From NCBI GenBank assembly GCA_017468925.1, contig JAFUHI010000009.1, positions 360,820 through 424,819 on the forward strand: a DNA stretch of 64,000 nt, written 5' to 3'. The notes beneath the pieces are model-generated. The model searched no databases. It was not told the origin of the DNA and saw only the letters and a list, made by a program, of their open reading frames with translations. The DNA comes from Bacilli bacterium. GTDB lineage: Bacteria > Bacillota_I > Bacilli_A > RFN20 > CAG-826. Positions 19,020 to 28,401 of this stretch are shown one piece after another. Every line of letters begins with the position of its first letter. Position 1 is the first letter of the stretch. The translations under genes were made by a program, and so were the position numbers.

Positions 19020-19766
19020 ATGGCATTAGTCAGTATTATTACACCTGCTTATAATTGTAAAAACACTATTAAGGGAACATACGATAGTGTTCTTTCTCAA
19101 ACATTTAAAGACTGGGAATGGATAATAGTGGACGACTGCTCTAAGGACGATTCTTTTTCTTTTATTAAAGAATTAGCAAAAAGCGAGCCGAGAATAATTG
19201 TTCTACAGACATCAAAGAATGGTGGTTCCGCTGTTGCTAGAAATATAGCGTTAAAACACGCTAGCGATAGATATATCACATTCTTAGATTCTGATGATTT
19301 TCTTGATCCAAATTATTTAGAATGCCAATTAGATTTTATCAAAGATAATGGTCCTCTTATTTCAGCGGGATATAGAAGACAAGCAGAACATACATGCACC
19401 GATTTCTTTGTTCCTGATGAAACTGATTATAAAGAAGCATTAAAAGGTAATCCTTTATCTTGTTTAACCACTATGTATGATAGAGAAGTTATTGGTGATG
19501 TTTTCTTTGACGAAACATATGATAGACACGAAGACTATATTTTATGGTTACCTATCCTTAAAAGAGGAATTGTTGCCAAAGGCAATCATAAAGTATTGGC
19601 GACTTATGTTATTCATTCAAATAGCAAAAACTCAAACAAATCCAAATTAGTTAAATCTATGTATCGTGTTTACCTTGATTCACAAAGATTTAATTGGCTT
19701 ATGAGTTGGATTTATGTTTTTAGATATGCCTTATATAGCAGGAAAAAATATAAAAATGTTATGTAA
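19020..19766 (+). CDS. Glycosyltransferase family 2 (TuaG-like)
   Basis: VSIITPAYN, IVDDCSKD, FLDSDD, HEDY; start moved to ATG 19020. Confidence 0.9.
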   Translation: MALVSIITPAYNCKNTIKGTYDSVLSQTFKDWEWIIVDDCSKDDSFSFIKELAKSEPRIIVLQTSKNGGSAVARNIALKHASDRYITFLDSDDFLDPNYLECQLDFIKDNGPLISAGYRRQAEHTCTDFFVPDETDYKEALKGNPLSCLTTMYDREVIGDVFFDETYDRHEDYILWLPILKRGIVAKGNHKVLATYVIHSNSKNSNKSKLVKSMYRVYLDSQRFNWLMSWIYVFRYALYSRKKYKNVM

Positions 19767-19807
19767 AAATATTTTAATGAATAAGTCGAAGAAATAGTAC
19801 AGTTTAT

Positions 19808-20854
19808 ATGAGTGAGAGTAATTTAGAAAAAATATTAGCATTCCACGAGTTGGTAATGGGTAAAAGCGATGAATACAAAAAAGAAAAAGCCAAAGATTTT
19901 AACATTGATTTTGAAGAATATAAAAGACGAATAAAAGGTAAAGAAAAAGAAGCTGAATTTTTGATAATTATGCGCTCACTTAGAAGTGTGTCACATTTAG
20001 TTGCTTATGATGAAAGCTTGTCCAAAATAACAAATGAATTTACATCAGATTATGAAATTACCTTTAGAGATAACTACAAAATTTTGCTTGAGATAAAATC
20101 ATCTCACGAATTATCAAAAAGAATTATTTCTGGAGGGAATTTTGAAAAACGCCTCGATTTTGCTAAAAGCAAAAATATGCCATTAAGATTTGCCGTTTGC
20201 TTGGGTGGACATTGGGGTGTTTATACGTCTGATTATCTTAAATCCAAGAACTTTGTGTTGGATTATTCAGACACAATGAACGAAGATAATCTAAAAAAAT
20301 CTTGGCTTCAGAGCGAGTTTGGAACATGTTCATATGCATTTTTTAATAAAATTGAAATTATTAGCATTTATGAAAAAAACACCAAAAAAGGTTTGGGGAT
20401 TTTCTTTGAAGATTATGGAGAATTAATCGAATATCGAATTCTTCAAGATGGTAAAGAGGTATTTAAATGTAACAAGAACAATTCAACGAATTTGTTTGTT
20501 TCAATGTGTGTTGAAGCCATTCAAGATGAATTATCGAAAGACAATCATTATGTATATAAAAATGGAAATAAAACAAAAATAATAGAATTTAATACTAGAA
20601 AGCCATTATTAATACCAGAATACCGTTTTATATTATCGAGAATAAACCATTTATCTTTTGGACATGATAGCAGAGATGATGATCTATTTTTTGTGGCAAA
20701 ATCTTCACAAGAAGAATTTAATAATTATTCCGTTTCCTATATAAGATTTGCGCTTTCAACACTCGTTGACAAAGGGCTAAAGGTTTTTGTTGAGAGGGAC
20801 GGACTCTTATATAAATTTTCGCAATTTTCAAAAACGTTTTGGAATGTAAAATAA
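19808..20854 (+). CDS. Hypothetical protein with a predicted PD-(D/E)xK nuclease N-terminal domain
   Basis: GKEKE...SDYEI...LLEIKS motif spacing. Confidence 0.55.
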   Translation: MSESNLEKILAFHELVMGKSDEYKKEKAKDFNIDFEEYKRRIKGKEKEAEFLIIMRSLRSVSHLVAYDESLSKITNEFTSDYEITFRDNYKILLEIKSSHELSKRIISGGNFEKRLDFAKSKNMPLRFAVCLGGHWGVYTSDYLKSKNFVLDYSDTMNEDNLKKSWLQSEFGTCSYAFFNKIEIISIYEKNTKKGLGIFFEDYGELIEYRILQDGKEVFKCNKNNSTNLFVSMCVEAIQDELSKDNHYVYKNGNKTKIIEFNTRKPLLIPEYRFILSRINHLSFGHDSRDDDLFFVAKSSQEEFNNYSVSYIRFALSTLVDKGLKVFVERDGLLYKFSQFSKTFWNVK

Positions 20855-20884
20855 CGCTTTAAAAACATTCGTTTCATTAAAGAA

Positions 20885-20977
20885 TTATATATCACATAAT
20901 TTTTCTGAGATATAAAAACAGATGTTGTTTTCATATGGGAGTTTCTTATTAAAGATAACCTTATTCTTATGATGCAT
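20885..20977 (-). pseudogene. Truncated paralog of the SHOCT-like gene
   Basis: MHHKNKVIFNKKLPYENNICFYISEKLCDI* versus MHNKDKVILDKKLPYEYNICLYILEELCDK... Confidence 0.7.
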
Positions 20978-20998
20978 ATTGGCTTATGTGTTTATAAA
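20890..20998. repeat. Degenerate direct repeat, copy 2
   Basis: TATCACATAATTTTTCTGAGATATAAAAACAGATGTT...GGGAGTTTCTTATTAAAGATAACCTTATTCTTATGATGCATA. Confidence 0.85.
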
Positions 20999-21226
20999 GT
21001 CATCAAAAAGAGAGAAGAAATTGGAGTTTTAAAACTGTCGGATGAAGATAGAAATATTAACAGCTTAAAATGGAACAGTGATCGAATGATTATTAATTTC
21101 AAATAATCGAAGATAAAGAATCCCAAATAATACAAACAATTGAACAATGAGCTTTGTTTTATCTTAGCGTGTTGCCATATTGATTTATCAATAAGGTTGG
21201 CTAAAATATAGCCGAGGTTAATTATT

Positions 21227-22282
21227 ATGCATGTTATAGCAATCATTGGATGCGGAAGAATCGCAAATTTTGCTCATCTTCCCGCATTATCAAAACAAGA
21301 TGATGTAAGGATAAAGTACGCCTGTGACATCATTTTAGAAAAAGCGGAAAAAGCCAAGAAAGATTTCCCGAAGATAGAGAACGTTATAGAGGATTATCAT
21401 ATCGCTTTAAACGATTCACAAGTCGAAGCGGTTTTCGTTTTGGTCCCTAATTTCGAGCATGACCGCATTTCCATCGATGCTTTAAGGGCGGGGAAACACG
21501 TATTGTGTGAAAAGCCAATCGCGGTGAATTACGCCAAAGCAAAGAAGATGGAAGAAGAGGCTAAGAAGGCGAATAAGATATTGAATATCGGTGTCTGCAA
21601 TAGGTATAGCGCTCCAGTAGCCACTTTAGCAAAATACAATAAACAGGGGAGATTTGGCAGGGTTTTCCATGTCGATTGCTCTTTTTCTTGCTGCCGTTCT
21701 ATCCCTGGATTAGGCGGCCCATTCACCGATTCATCTAAATCAGGAGGAGGTGTCCTTATCGACTGGGGTGTTCACTTCCTCGACTTGATTCTCTATGTTC
21801 TTGGAGGAGCGAAAATAGAAACCGTATCCGCTGACACATATAGTGAGCTTGCCAAAGACATGAAATCATACAAATATTGGGATATGTGGGCCAAAGACAC
21901 ATCGGATATAGAAAATGGTGTCAATGACGTGGAGGAACTTATATCAGGTTATGTCAGGACCGATAAAGCATCCATATCTTTAAAAGGCGCCTGGGCGCAA
22001 AATGTCTGCGCGGATGATATGTATATCGATTTCCACGGGACCAAAGGTGGGGCAAGGCTCAAATACGGAGGCCAATTCACTTTCTTTAATGGGGAGACTC
22101 TAGAAGAAACACCATCCAACATTGAGATACCAAATATGTATGAAGTCGAGCAAAGATCGTTCTTTGATTCGATTGATACTGGTATCCCAGATAAAGGATA
22201 CATAAGCAATGTTATTGAGGTCGCTAAATTAATGGATGAATTATACGCTTCCGCCAAAATACATAAGGAGTTATCTATATGA
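21227..22282 (+). CDS. Gfo/Idh/MocA oxidoreductase
   Basis: IIGCGRIA, HVLCEKP, GGGVLIDWGVHFLD. Confidence 0.93.
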   Translation: MHVIAIIGCGRIANFAHLPALSKQDDVRIKYACDIILEKAEKAKKDFPKIENVIEDYHIALNDSQVEAVFVLVPNFEHDRISIDALRAGKHVLCEKPIAVNYAKAKKMEEEAKKANKILNIGVCNRYSAPVATLAKYNKQGRFGRVFHVDCSFSCCRSIPGLGGPFTDSSKSGGGVLIDWGVHFLDLILYVLGGAKIETVSADTYSELAKDMKSYKYWDMWAKDTSDIENGVNDVEELISGYVRTDKASISLKGAWAQNVCADDMYIDFHGTKGGARLKYGGQFTFFNGETLEETPSNIEIPNMYEVEQRSFFDSIDTGIPDKGYISNVIEVAKLMDELYASAKIHKELSI

Positions 22283-23112
22283 AAAAGATAGGATTTATAG
22301 ATCATTATTTGAATGAATGGCACGCTTTAAACTACCCAGAGATGATTGAAAGAGCGAAGCAAGGGATGGATGAAGATTTCATCGTTGCCTACGCTTATGC
22401 CGAAAAGGATTTCGGTGACCTCACAACAGACAAATTCTGTGAGATGATGAACGTTGAAAAATGCTCATCAATCGAAGAGATATGTGAGAAAAGCGATTGC
22501 CTAATCATCTTCAGCCCCGATAATCCCGAAAGGAAATTGGATTTGGCTAGGCAAGTTCTTCCATATGGAAAACCCACCTTCATCGATAAGACATTCGCCG
22601 CATCGTTAGAAGAAGCTAAAGAGATATATTCTATCGCGGAGAAATATCACACCCCGATGTTCTCGTCTTCATCTTTGAGATTCGCCCCAGAGATAAAAGA
22701 ATATCCCGATGTGGATTCTTTGCTAATAATCGCCCCGGCATTGCATCCAGTGGACTATTGGGTCCATCCTTTAGAGATGCTTGTCACTAAAATGGGAGTG
22801 GGGGCTAAAAAGGCAAAACTCAGCAAAAGCGGGAACATATTAACTTTATTCCTTAAATATGAGAATGAGAAAAACGCTTTAGTCGTTATGAAAGATATGG
22901 GCCCTGCTGAAGGATATTTCATCAGTGGTAACGGCACCACACACCAAACCATGGTGAAATTAGAAAAACCATTCTTTGACTATGAGATGAAAGACATTCT
23001 CCGTTTCTTCTTGGATGGGAAACCATCATTCCCAAAAGAGGAAACATTAGAGGTGATGAAGATAAGGGACTTCGCTTTGAAAGAAATATTTGATGAGTGG
23101 GTCGAGATCTAA
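22279..23112 (+). CDS. Gfo/Idh/MocA-like NAD(P)-binding oxidoreductase (divergent)
   Basis: GKPTFIDKTFA, MFSSSSLRF, YWVHPLE. Confidence 0.75.
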   Translation: MKKIGFIDHYLNEWHALNYPEMIERAKQGMDEDFIVAYAYAEKDFGDLTTDKFCEMMNVEKCSSIEEICEKSDCLIIFSPDNPERKLDLARQVLPYGKPTFIDKTFAASLEEAKEIYSIAEKYHTPMFSSSSLRFAPEIKEYPDVDSLLIIAPALHPVDYWVHPLEMLVTKMGVGAKKAKLSKSGNILTLFLKYENEKNALVVMKDMGPAEGYFISGNGTTHQTMVKLEKPFFDYEMKDILRFFLDGKPSFPKEETLEVMKIRDFALKEIFDEWVEI

Positions 23113-23273
23113 TTTTTCAATCATTGATATAATTCTTAAAATATATTTTAACCGTCGAAACAATACTTGTTTTTAATATTAATATATTTAGAAAAAATCT
23201 AGGTTTTATCGGAAAAATCTTTTGAAACAAGACTTTTTTTGCTTTAAGATAAAACTAGTATGGAGGATATATT

Positions 23274-24749
23274 ATGAACGCAAAGAAAATAGGTTTTGTT
23301 TCGATAATTTCTTTTGCAACATTAGCGATAGCGGTGTTGATATCCACTTCCAAAGAAAATGCACTTTCGTTGCGGGCTGAAGAATGTACTCATTCCAATG
23401 TCGAGCATTATGAAGCAACCCCAAATCATATAGAGCATTGGGCTTGTTGCGAATGCCATCATGCCTGGGCTGATGAAGGAAAAACCATAGAAGTGAGTGA
23501 AAACACCACGACTGATAGAGATATTTTAGACACCGATAATTATTACCACGCAGCATATCAGATGGCAGATGATAATTGGGAATGGTCGGGCGCGATGAAT
23601 GCTGTATACGATTCGACGTTCTCCTTCCTCCAAAAGGCTTCTTTGCCTTCAAGCAAACTATGCTTCATTGAGACAAATTCCACCGACACAACAATCGATG
23701 CGGATAAAATCGCCGCAGTCAAAATAACAAACAACACAGATGTGACGCTAAAAGTCACCCCATCATCAAGAGAATGGAATCCTTATCCAAACTATGTTTT
23801 CAATTTACCGGCTGGTGAAAGTGCGATTGCTTCTATCCCGGCAGCAGCTTGGAATGATAATACTGGAGGCAGGGCATTGACTGGCTTCGCACTCCGTTTA
23901 GATCCGGTCGGTTCATCAACATTTATCGGTGATGTGCTTGTTACCACTCCAAGATTTGGATTGAATTATTACAATACTTCCTACAATTATGTTTCGGATT
24001 GGGTGTGGGATGGACCAATGGGTGTTAGCCTAGAAACATCTGAGGCCTACCAACTTGCTCATTATGAAGGGGTGGTGGAAGGTTTTGTCCAAACAAACGC
24101 TAAGGATATAACAGTTCCAGATGGTCATGCCTATAAAGTGACAGTGATAAACAACACCGATGCGATTCTTGACACATACGTTAGAGATAGAGAATGGTCG
24201 ACCAATTACAACCATTACACGATTGATGTAGGCGAAAAGAAGATAATAACCATCACTTCATCCGCCATAAATCACGCTGGATCCAGCGGATTCACCGGCT
24301 TCTCGATCAGATTTGGCGCAACTTCGATCACAGGAGACATTTTGGTGTCAGCCCCAGTTGATGAATATTACACAAGATTTGAATCCAGTGTTTCATCAGA
24401 GGAAAAATTCATCGAAAATATCGGTTTTGCCTATGAAATTGATGCGACAGGAACTACATCTTACCCAAATATCTATTTTAGAGGCAGAGAATATCTTGAC
24501 CCATCGCTATATCAAGGAATCATGATTTATTTCTACAACTCTGGAAATAGCTCTAGCTGCGCTGCTTGGAGCGAAGACTGGAATGACCATGGCAACGGAT
24601 TGGGAACATTGACGCCAAACACCTGGGTTTCGGCAATGATCACTGTTGATACATGGAATGGAGATAACAATTCCAAGGATGTTGGCATATATGACGCTAA
24701 TATAGGAGGCAAACTCCTCATCTCTTTAGGCGAGCCGGTTCTTTTGTGA
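23274..24749 (+). CDS. Secreted hypothetical protein with a Cys/His motif and tandem beta-rich repeats
   Basis: Signal peptide; CTH...HIEHWACCECHH; two clear internal repeats (NNTD...REW...TGF..R...GD.LV..P) plus a third divergent one. Confidence 0.8.
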   Translation: MNAKKIGFVSIISFATLAIAVLISTSKENALSLRAEECTHSNVEHYEATPNHIEHWACCECHHAWADEGKTIEVSENTTTDRDILDTDNYYHAAYQMADDNWEWSGAMNAVYDSTFSFLQKASLPSSKLCFIETNSTDTTIDADKIAAVKITNNTDVTLKVTPSSREWNPYPNYVFNLPAGESAIASIPAAAWNDNTGGRALTGFALRLDPVGSSTFIGDVLVTTPRFGLNYYNTSYNYVSDWVWDGPMGVSLETSEAYQLAHYEGVVEGFVQTNAKDITVPDGHAYKVTVINNTDAILDTYVRDREWSTNYNHYTIDVGEKKIITITSSAINHAGSSGFTGFSIRFGATSITGDILVSAPVDEYYTRFESSVSSEEKFIENIGFAYEIDATGTTSYPNIYFRGREYLDPSLYQGIMIYFYNSGNSSSCAAWSEDWNDHGNGLGTLTPNTWVSAMITVDTWNGDNNSKDVGIYDANIGGKLLISLGEPVLL

Positions 24750-24765
24750 GCCGATAATGATTCTG

Positions 24766-24789
24766 AACCAGGGCATGCCCCTGGTTTTT
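24766..24789 (+). terminator. Rho-independent terminator
   Basis: AACCAGGG-CATGC-CCCTGGTT followed by a T run. Confidence 0.8.
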
Positions 24790-24919
24790 ATTAATGTTAA
24801 TTATTGTCGCAACAAAGAAATATAATGCATAGCATTATTTATTTATATCAATCATTGAACTAATTTCGTTGAATAACTTGTTTTTATTTTTAAATAAAAT
24901 ACCATATATTTAGGTTAGT

Positions 24920-25876
24920 ATGGAAGCAAGGGAAAGAGCTGGTAAGCCATTTTCTTTGAAAGGGCTATATCGCAATCACAAAAAAGCCATCGATAAAAAT
25001 GTTTTTGTCGTATCTTTTATGTTTTTGCCAATCATTTTGTTCCTGATTTTCTATGTCTATGTCAATTTGGATTCATTCGTGATGGCCTTTAGAGCGGTTG
25101 GGACATTAGAAGATGGGACCATTGGAGAATATTGGACTCTTAATAATTTTGTTAACCTCGCTAACATCCTCAAGGGAGGCGAGGATGGTCTTGGCATCCT
25201 GACTGAAGCTATACTCAACACTTTGTTGTTCAATGTGGTCAATCTCTTCTTAATCCTTCCCACAACCACGCTCATATGCTATTTCCTCTACAAGAAAATC
25301 GCTGGATATAAATTTTTCAGAGCCGTCTATTATCTCCCTTGCATCATCACTAGCAGTGCGTTGGTGATGCTATTCAAACTCGCTTTGCAAGATGGAGGCC
25401 CGCTAGATGTTCTTTTTAGAAAGATGGGTTACTTTTATCCATTGTCTCGTAGTCCTAGTGCTTTGATAACGATCCTTGTATATCATTTTTTGTTCAGTTT
25501 GGGCGGGAATATGATTGTTATATCCGGCGCCATGCGCTCAATCAATTCCGAGATGCTTGAGTCGGCTGAGATAGATGGATGCAACTGGTTCCAGGAATTT
25601 ATTTATATCATATTGCCTTCGATTTGGCCGACTATTTCAACTATTTTGATTTTATCGGCCGCTGGATTCTTGGGAGCAACCGGTCCAATATTAGCCTTTA
25701 CAGAGGGCGATAAAGGTACAATGACTTTATCTTTCTATACATTTGCTTTGGTATCAGGTAAAGGTGCGCCGACAGATTATTATCTGGCATCGGCTATCGG
25801 CTTATGCATGTCGGCTATATCGTTCCCGCTGGCATTAGTTGTTAAAAAGGTGGTTTATGGCAAAGAAGGGGCTTAA
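24920..25876 (+). CDS. Carbohydrate ABC transporter permease (MalF-like)
   Basis: About 6 TM; ESAEIDGC EAA loop. Confidence 0.92.
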   Translation: MEARERAGKPFSLKGLYRNHKKAIDKNVFVVSFMFLPIILFLIFYVYVNLDSFVMAFRAVGTLEDGTIGEYWTLNNFVNLANILKGGEDGLGILTEAILNTLLFNVVNLFLILPTTTLICYFLYKKIAGYKFFRAVYYLPCIITSSALVMLFKLALQDGGPLDVLFRKMGYFYPLSRSPSALITILVYHFLFSLGGNMIVISGAMRSINSEMLESAEIDGCNWFQEFIYIILPSIWPTISTILILSAAGFLGATGPILAFTEGDKGTMTLSFYTFALVSGKGAPTDYYLASAIGLCMSAISFPLALVVKKVVYGKEGA

Positions 25877-26774
25877 TGGGAAATTAGTGGGCTTTAACGG
25901 CCGCAAGAAGTCGAAGAGCGAAAAAGTTGTCTTTGGCATCGCCTTCATTCTTTTTGCCGCCTACGCCGCCTTCATTCTCTTCTTCTTTGTCTTTGCTTTT
26001 CTATGCGCATTAAGACCGGATGGGACATCTTTTGAAAATGAAAGATTCCTCCATAGCAATCTGTTTTCTTGGCCATCCAACGCCTCGTTTAATTCTTTCT
26101 TGAACTCATTTGACACCATCGCCCAAATCAACGACCACGATACATTCCTTTCCATCACTTGGAATTCGATTTGGAGGACGACGACATATGTTTTCCTTTC
26201 AATCCTCACCAGCTCCATGGTTTGTTATATTATCGTGTTCTATCGCTCGAAATTCACAAAATTCATCTATAATCTTGGCATTTTGGTGTCCATTTTGCCT
26301 TTGTATGGTGGGACTGCGGCGACCATAAGACTCTATAACCAACTACATTTCATCAATAATCCTCTTGCTTTGATAACATCCATCGGGCTCTATGGCGGAT
26401 ATTTCTTTTACATGCATTCGTTTTACAGGACTTTGTCTTGGCAATATGCGGAAGCCGCTTTTATCGACGGGGCTAGCCATTACCGTGTGTTTTTCCAGAT
26501 AATGTTCCCGATGGTCTTGCCTAGCGCATCCGCTTTATTCGTCATGAGTTTTATCGCCTCGTGGAACGATTATGAATCAACGATTTTATATATGCCAAAA
26601 TTCCCGAATTTGGCTTATGCGGTATACGCGATGGAATCGATCGCCACGTATAATAGCGCGATTCCAGCTTATTTAGCAGGCGTGTTGGTCACGCTTGTGC
26701 CGATACTTGTTTTGTTTTTGATTTTCCAAAACTCAATAATGGAAAAAGTCCATTTAGGTGGACTCAAAGGATAA
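25857..26774 (+). CDS. Carbohydrate ABC transporter permease (MalG-like)
   Basis: EAAFIDGAS, SWNDY, GGLKG C-terminus; start at ATG 25857. Confidence 0.92.
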   Translation: MAKKGLNGKLVGFNGRKKSKSEKVVFGIAFILFAAYAAFILFFFVFAFLCALRPDGTSFENERFLHSNLFSWPSNASFNSFLNSFDTIAQINDHDTFLSITWNSIWRTTTYVFLSILTSSMVCYIIVFYRSKFTKFIYNLGILVSILPLYGGTAATIRLYNQLHFINNPLALITSIGLYGGYFFYMHSFYRTLSWQYAEAAFIDGASHYRVFFQIMFPMVLPSASALFVMSFIASWNDYESTILYMPKFPNLAYAVYAMESIATYNSAIPAYLAGVLVTLVPILVLFLIFQNSIMEKVHLGGLKG

Positions 26775-26786
26775 AGGAGAGAAACT

Positions 26787-28400
26787 ATGAAAAAGATGAA
26801 CCTAGCGCTGTTTGCAAGCCTAATCGCAATCCCTGCTTTGGCTGGATGCGGATCAAATGATGACCCAAACGCCATCAAAATCGCATGCGTTAAACTTGGA
26901 TATGGCACCGAATGGCTTACCGCCTTAACCAAAAGATACACTGAAAAAACAGGCGTAACCTTCTCAATCCAACCAATGATTGGTCAAGCGGGAAACAATG
27001 GGCTAGACGATGAACTCAGAGCCTTAAGCGGAAGCTACGATCTATATGGACTTCGCCCAAATAGCTTTTATTTCCTTCTATATTCCGGAGCGGTGAACGC
27101 GAAAGGGAAAAGATATGAGACCGCTTTTGAGCCACTAGACGATATCTATACCGCCGAATATTCTGGTGAAAATGGCAACAACACCATGGAAAAGAAGATG
27201 GATGAGTCATTTAAGAATTATGCGAATGTGAACGGCCATTATTATGCCGTCCCTTGGGCCAACGGTTTTGTCACAATTATGAGAAATCTTGATATTTGGC
27301 AGAAACTCGGCTTCTCAAAAGAAGAATACCCGCGCACAACTGACGAATTATTCGAGATGATGGATGAAATGAATAAGAAAATCGCCTCTGATAAGACAAC
27401 GTTTAGCGAAGTCGCCCCGATGATATATTGTGAAACCGACGAATATTATTCCACTATCTTGGGAAGCTGGTTTGCTCAATATGAAGGTGATGAAGAGATG
27501 CAGAAATTCTATGCTGGAAGAAATCCTGACGGCAAAAGAGGGCCGGATATGTTCACATATGAAGGCATCGCTGAATCGCTGAAGGTCATGAAAAAGATTC
27601 TTGAAAAAGACTCTGGCGGCAAATACGTTTATCAAAACGAGAAATCCAAGAGCCTTTCCTTCACATCAATGCAACAATATTTCTTATTCGGCTCCGCGGC
27701 AATGTGCGTTAATGGAACGTGGTTAGAAGTAGAGAATGCCGACACGAGGAATCACGAAATCGACAGCATAAAGATCCCGATGGTCAGTTCCATCGTCGAT
27801 AAACTAGTAGGAGATTATAACGACGAAGAATTAAGAGAGATGGTTTCGTTTGTGGACGCCCATTATGAAGAAGGCGACAACGAAGGGATGCCAGATTTTT
27901 CTGAAGAAGAGGACATCGAAACAGTCAGAGAATCTAGGAATACAGGCTCAGTCATGAGAACTGACTACGATCATTTGTTCGTTATTCCATCATGGGCGGA
28001 TCAAGAAAAGAAGCCGGAGACAAAGAAATTCCTCCAATGGATGTATAGCGATGAGGCCTTGCAGCTTTTCTATGACACAATGAAAGGTCACCATTTGCCA
28101 GCGACACCATCCACAGGAAGCTATAACCAAGATAACGTCGAATTATCCTACTTCAGGAAAAACGCGAACAAATTCTTCGCGGAAGGCAATTACTGCAGAT
28201 ATTTGGTCAACACAGTCAAAGACAAGATATTCTCCGTCGCTGGAGTTCAATCCAATTTCTCGAACACCATCGCCAAGAAAAAGAACTGCATTAGCTGGCT
28301 GGCTGATGGAATGACGGTGGAAAAAGTCATCGAAGAAAACACGAACGCGCTGACCAGTAAATGGCAGTCGATCTTAAATAGCATTGGCAAGGAAGATTAA
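26787..28400 (+). CDS. Carbohydrate ABC substrate-binding lipoprotein
   Basis: Lipobox LAGC; GYGTEWL, YAVPW, AAMCVNGTW. Confidence 0.9.
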   Translation: MKKMNLALFASLIAIPALAGCGSNDDPNAIKIACVKLGYGTEWLTALTKRYTEKTGVTFSIQPMIGQAGNNGLDDELRALSGSYDLYGLRPNSFYFLLYSGAVNAKGKRYETAFEPLDDIYTAEYSGENGNNTMEKKMDESFKNYANVNGHYYAVPWANGFVTIMRNLDIWQKLGFSKEEYPRTTDELFEMMDEMNKKIASDKTTFSEVAPMIYCETDEYYSTILGSWFAQYEGDEEMQKFYAGRNPDGKRGPDMFTYEGIAESLKVMKKILEKDSGGKYVYQNEKSKSLSFTSMQQYFLFGSAAMCVNGTWLEVENADTRNHEIDSIKIPMVSSIVDKLVGDYNDEELREMVSFVDAHYEEGDNEGMPDFSEEEDIETVRESRNTGSVMRTDYDHLFVIPSWADQEKKPETKKFLQWMYSDEALQLFYDTMKGHHLPATPSTGSYNQDNVELSYFRKNANKFFAEGNYCRYLVNTVKDKIFSVAGVQSNFSNTIAKKKNCISWLADGMTVEKVIEENTNALTSKWQSILNSIGKED

Positions 28401-28401
28401 A

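Noticed and set aside
740-21250. attR duplication of the tRNA-Leu 3' end
   Set aside because: No second copy of the tRNA 3' sequence found by eye; a short match could have been missed
23136-23151. Palindrome TTAAAATATATTTTAA
   Set aside because: All A/T in an AT-rich spacer; likely chance
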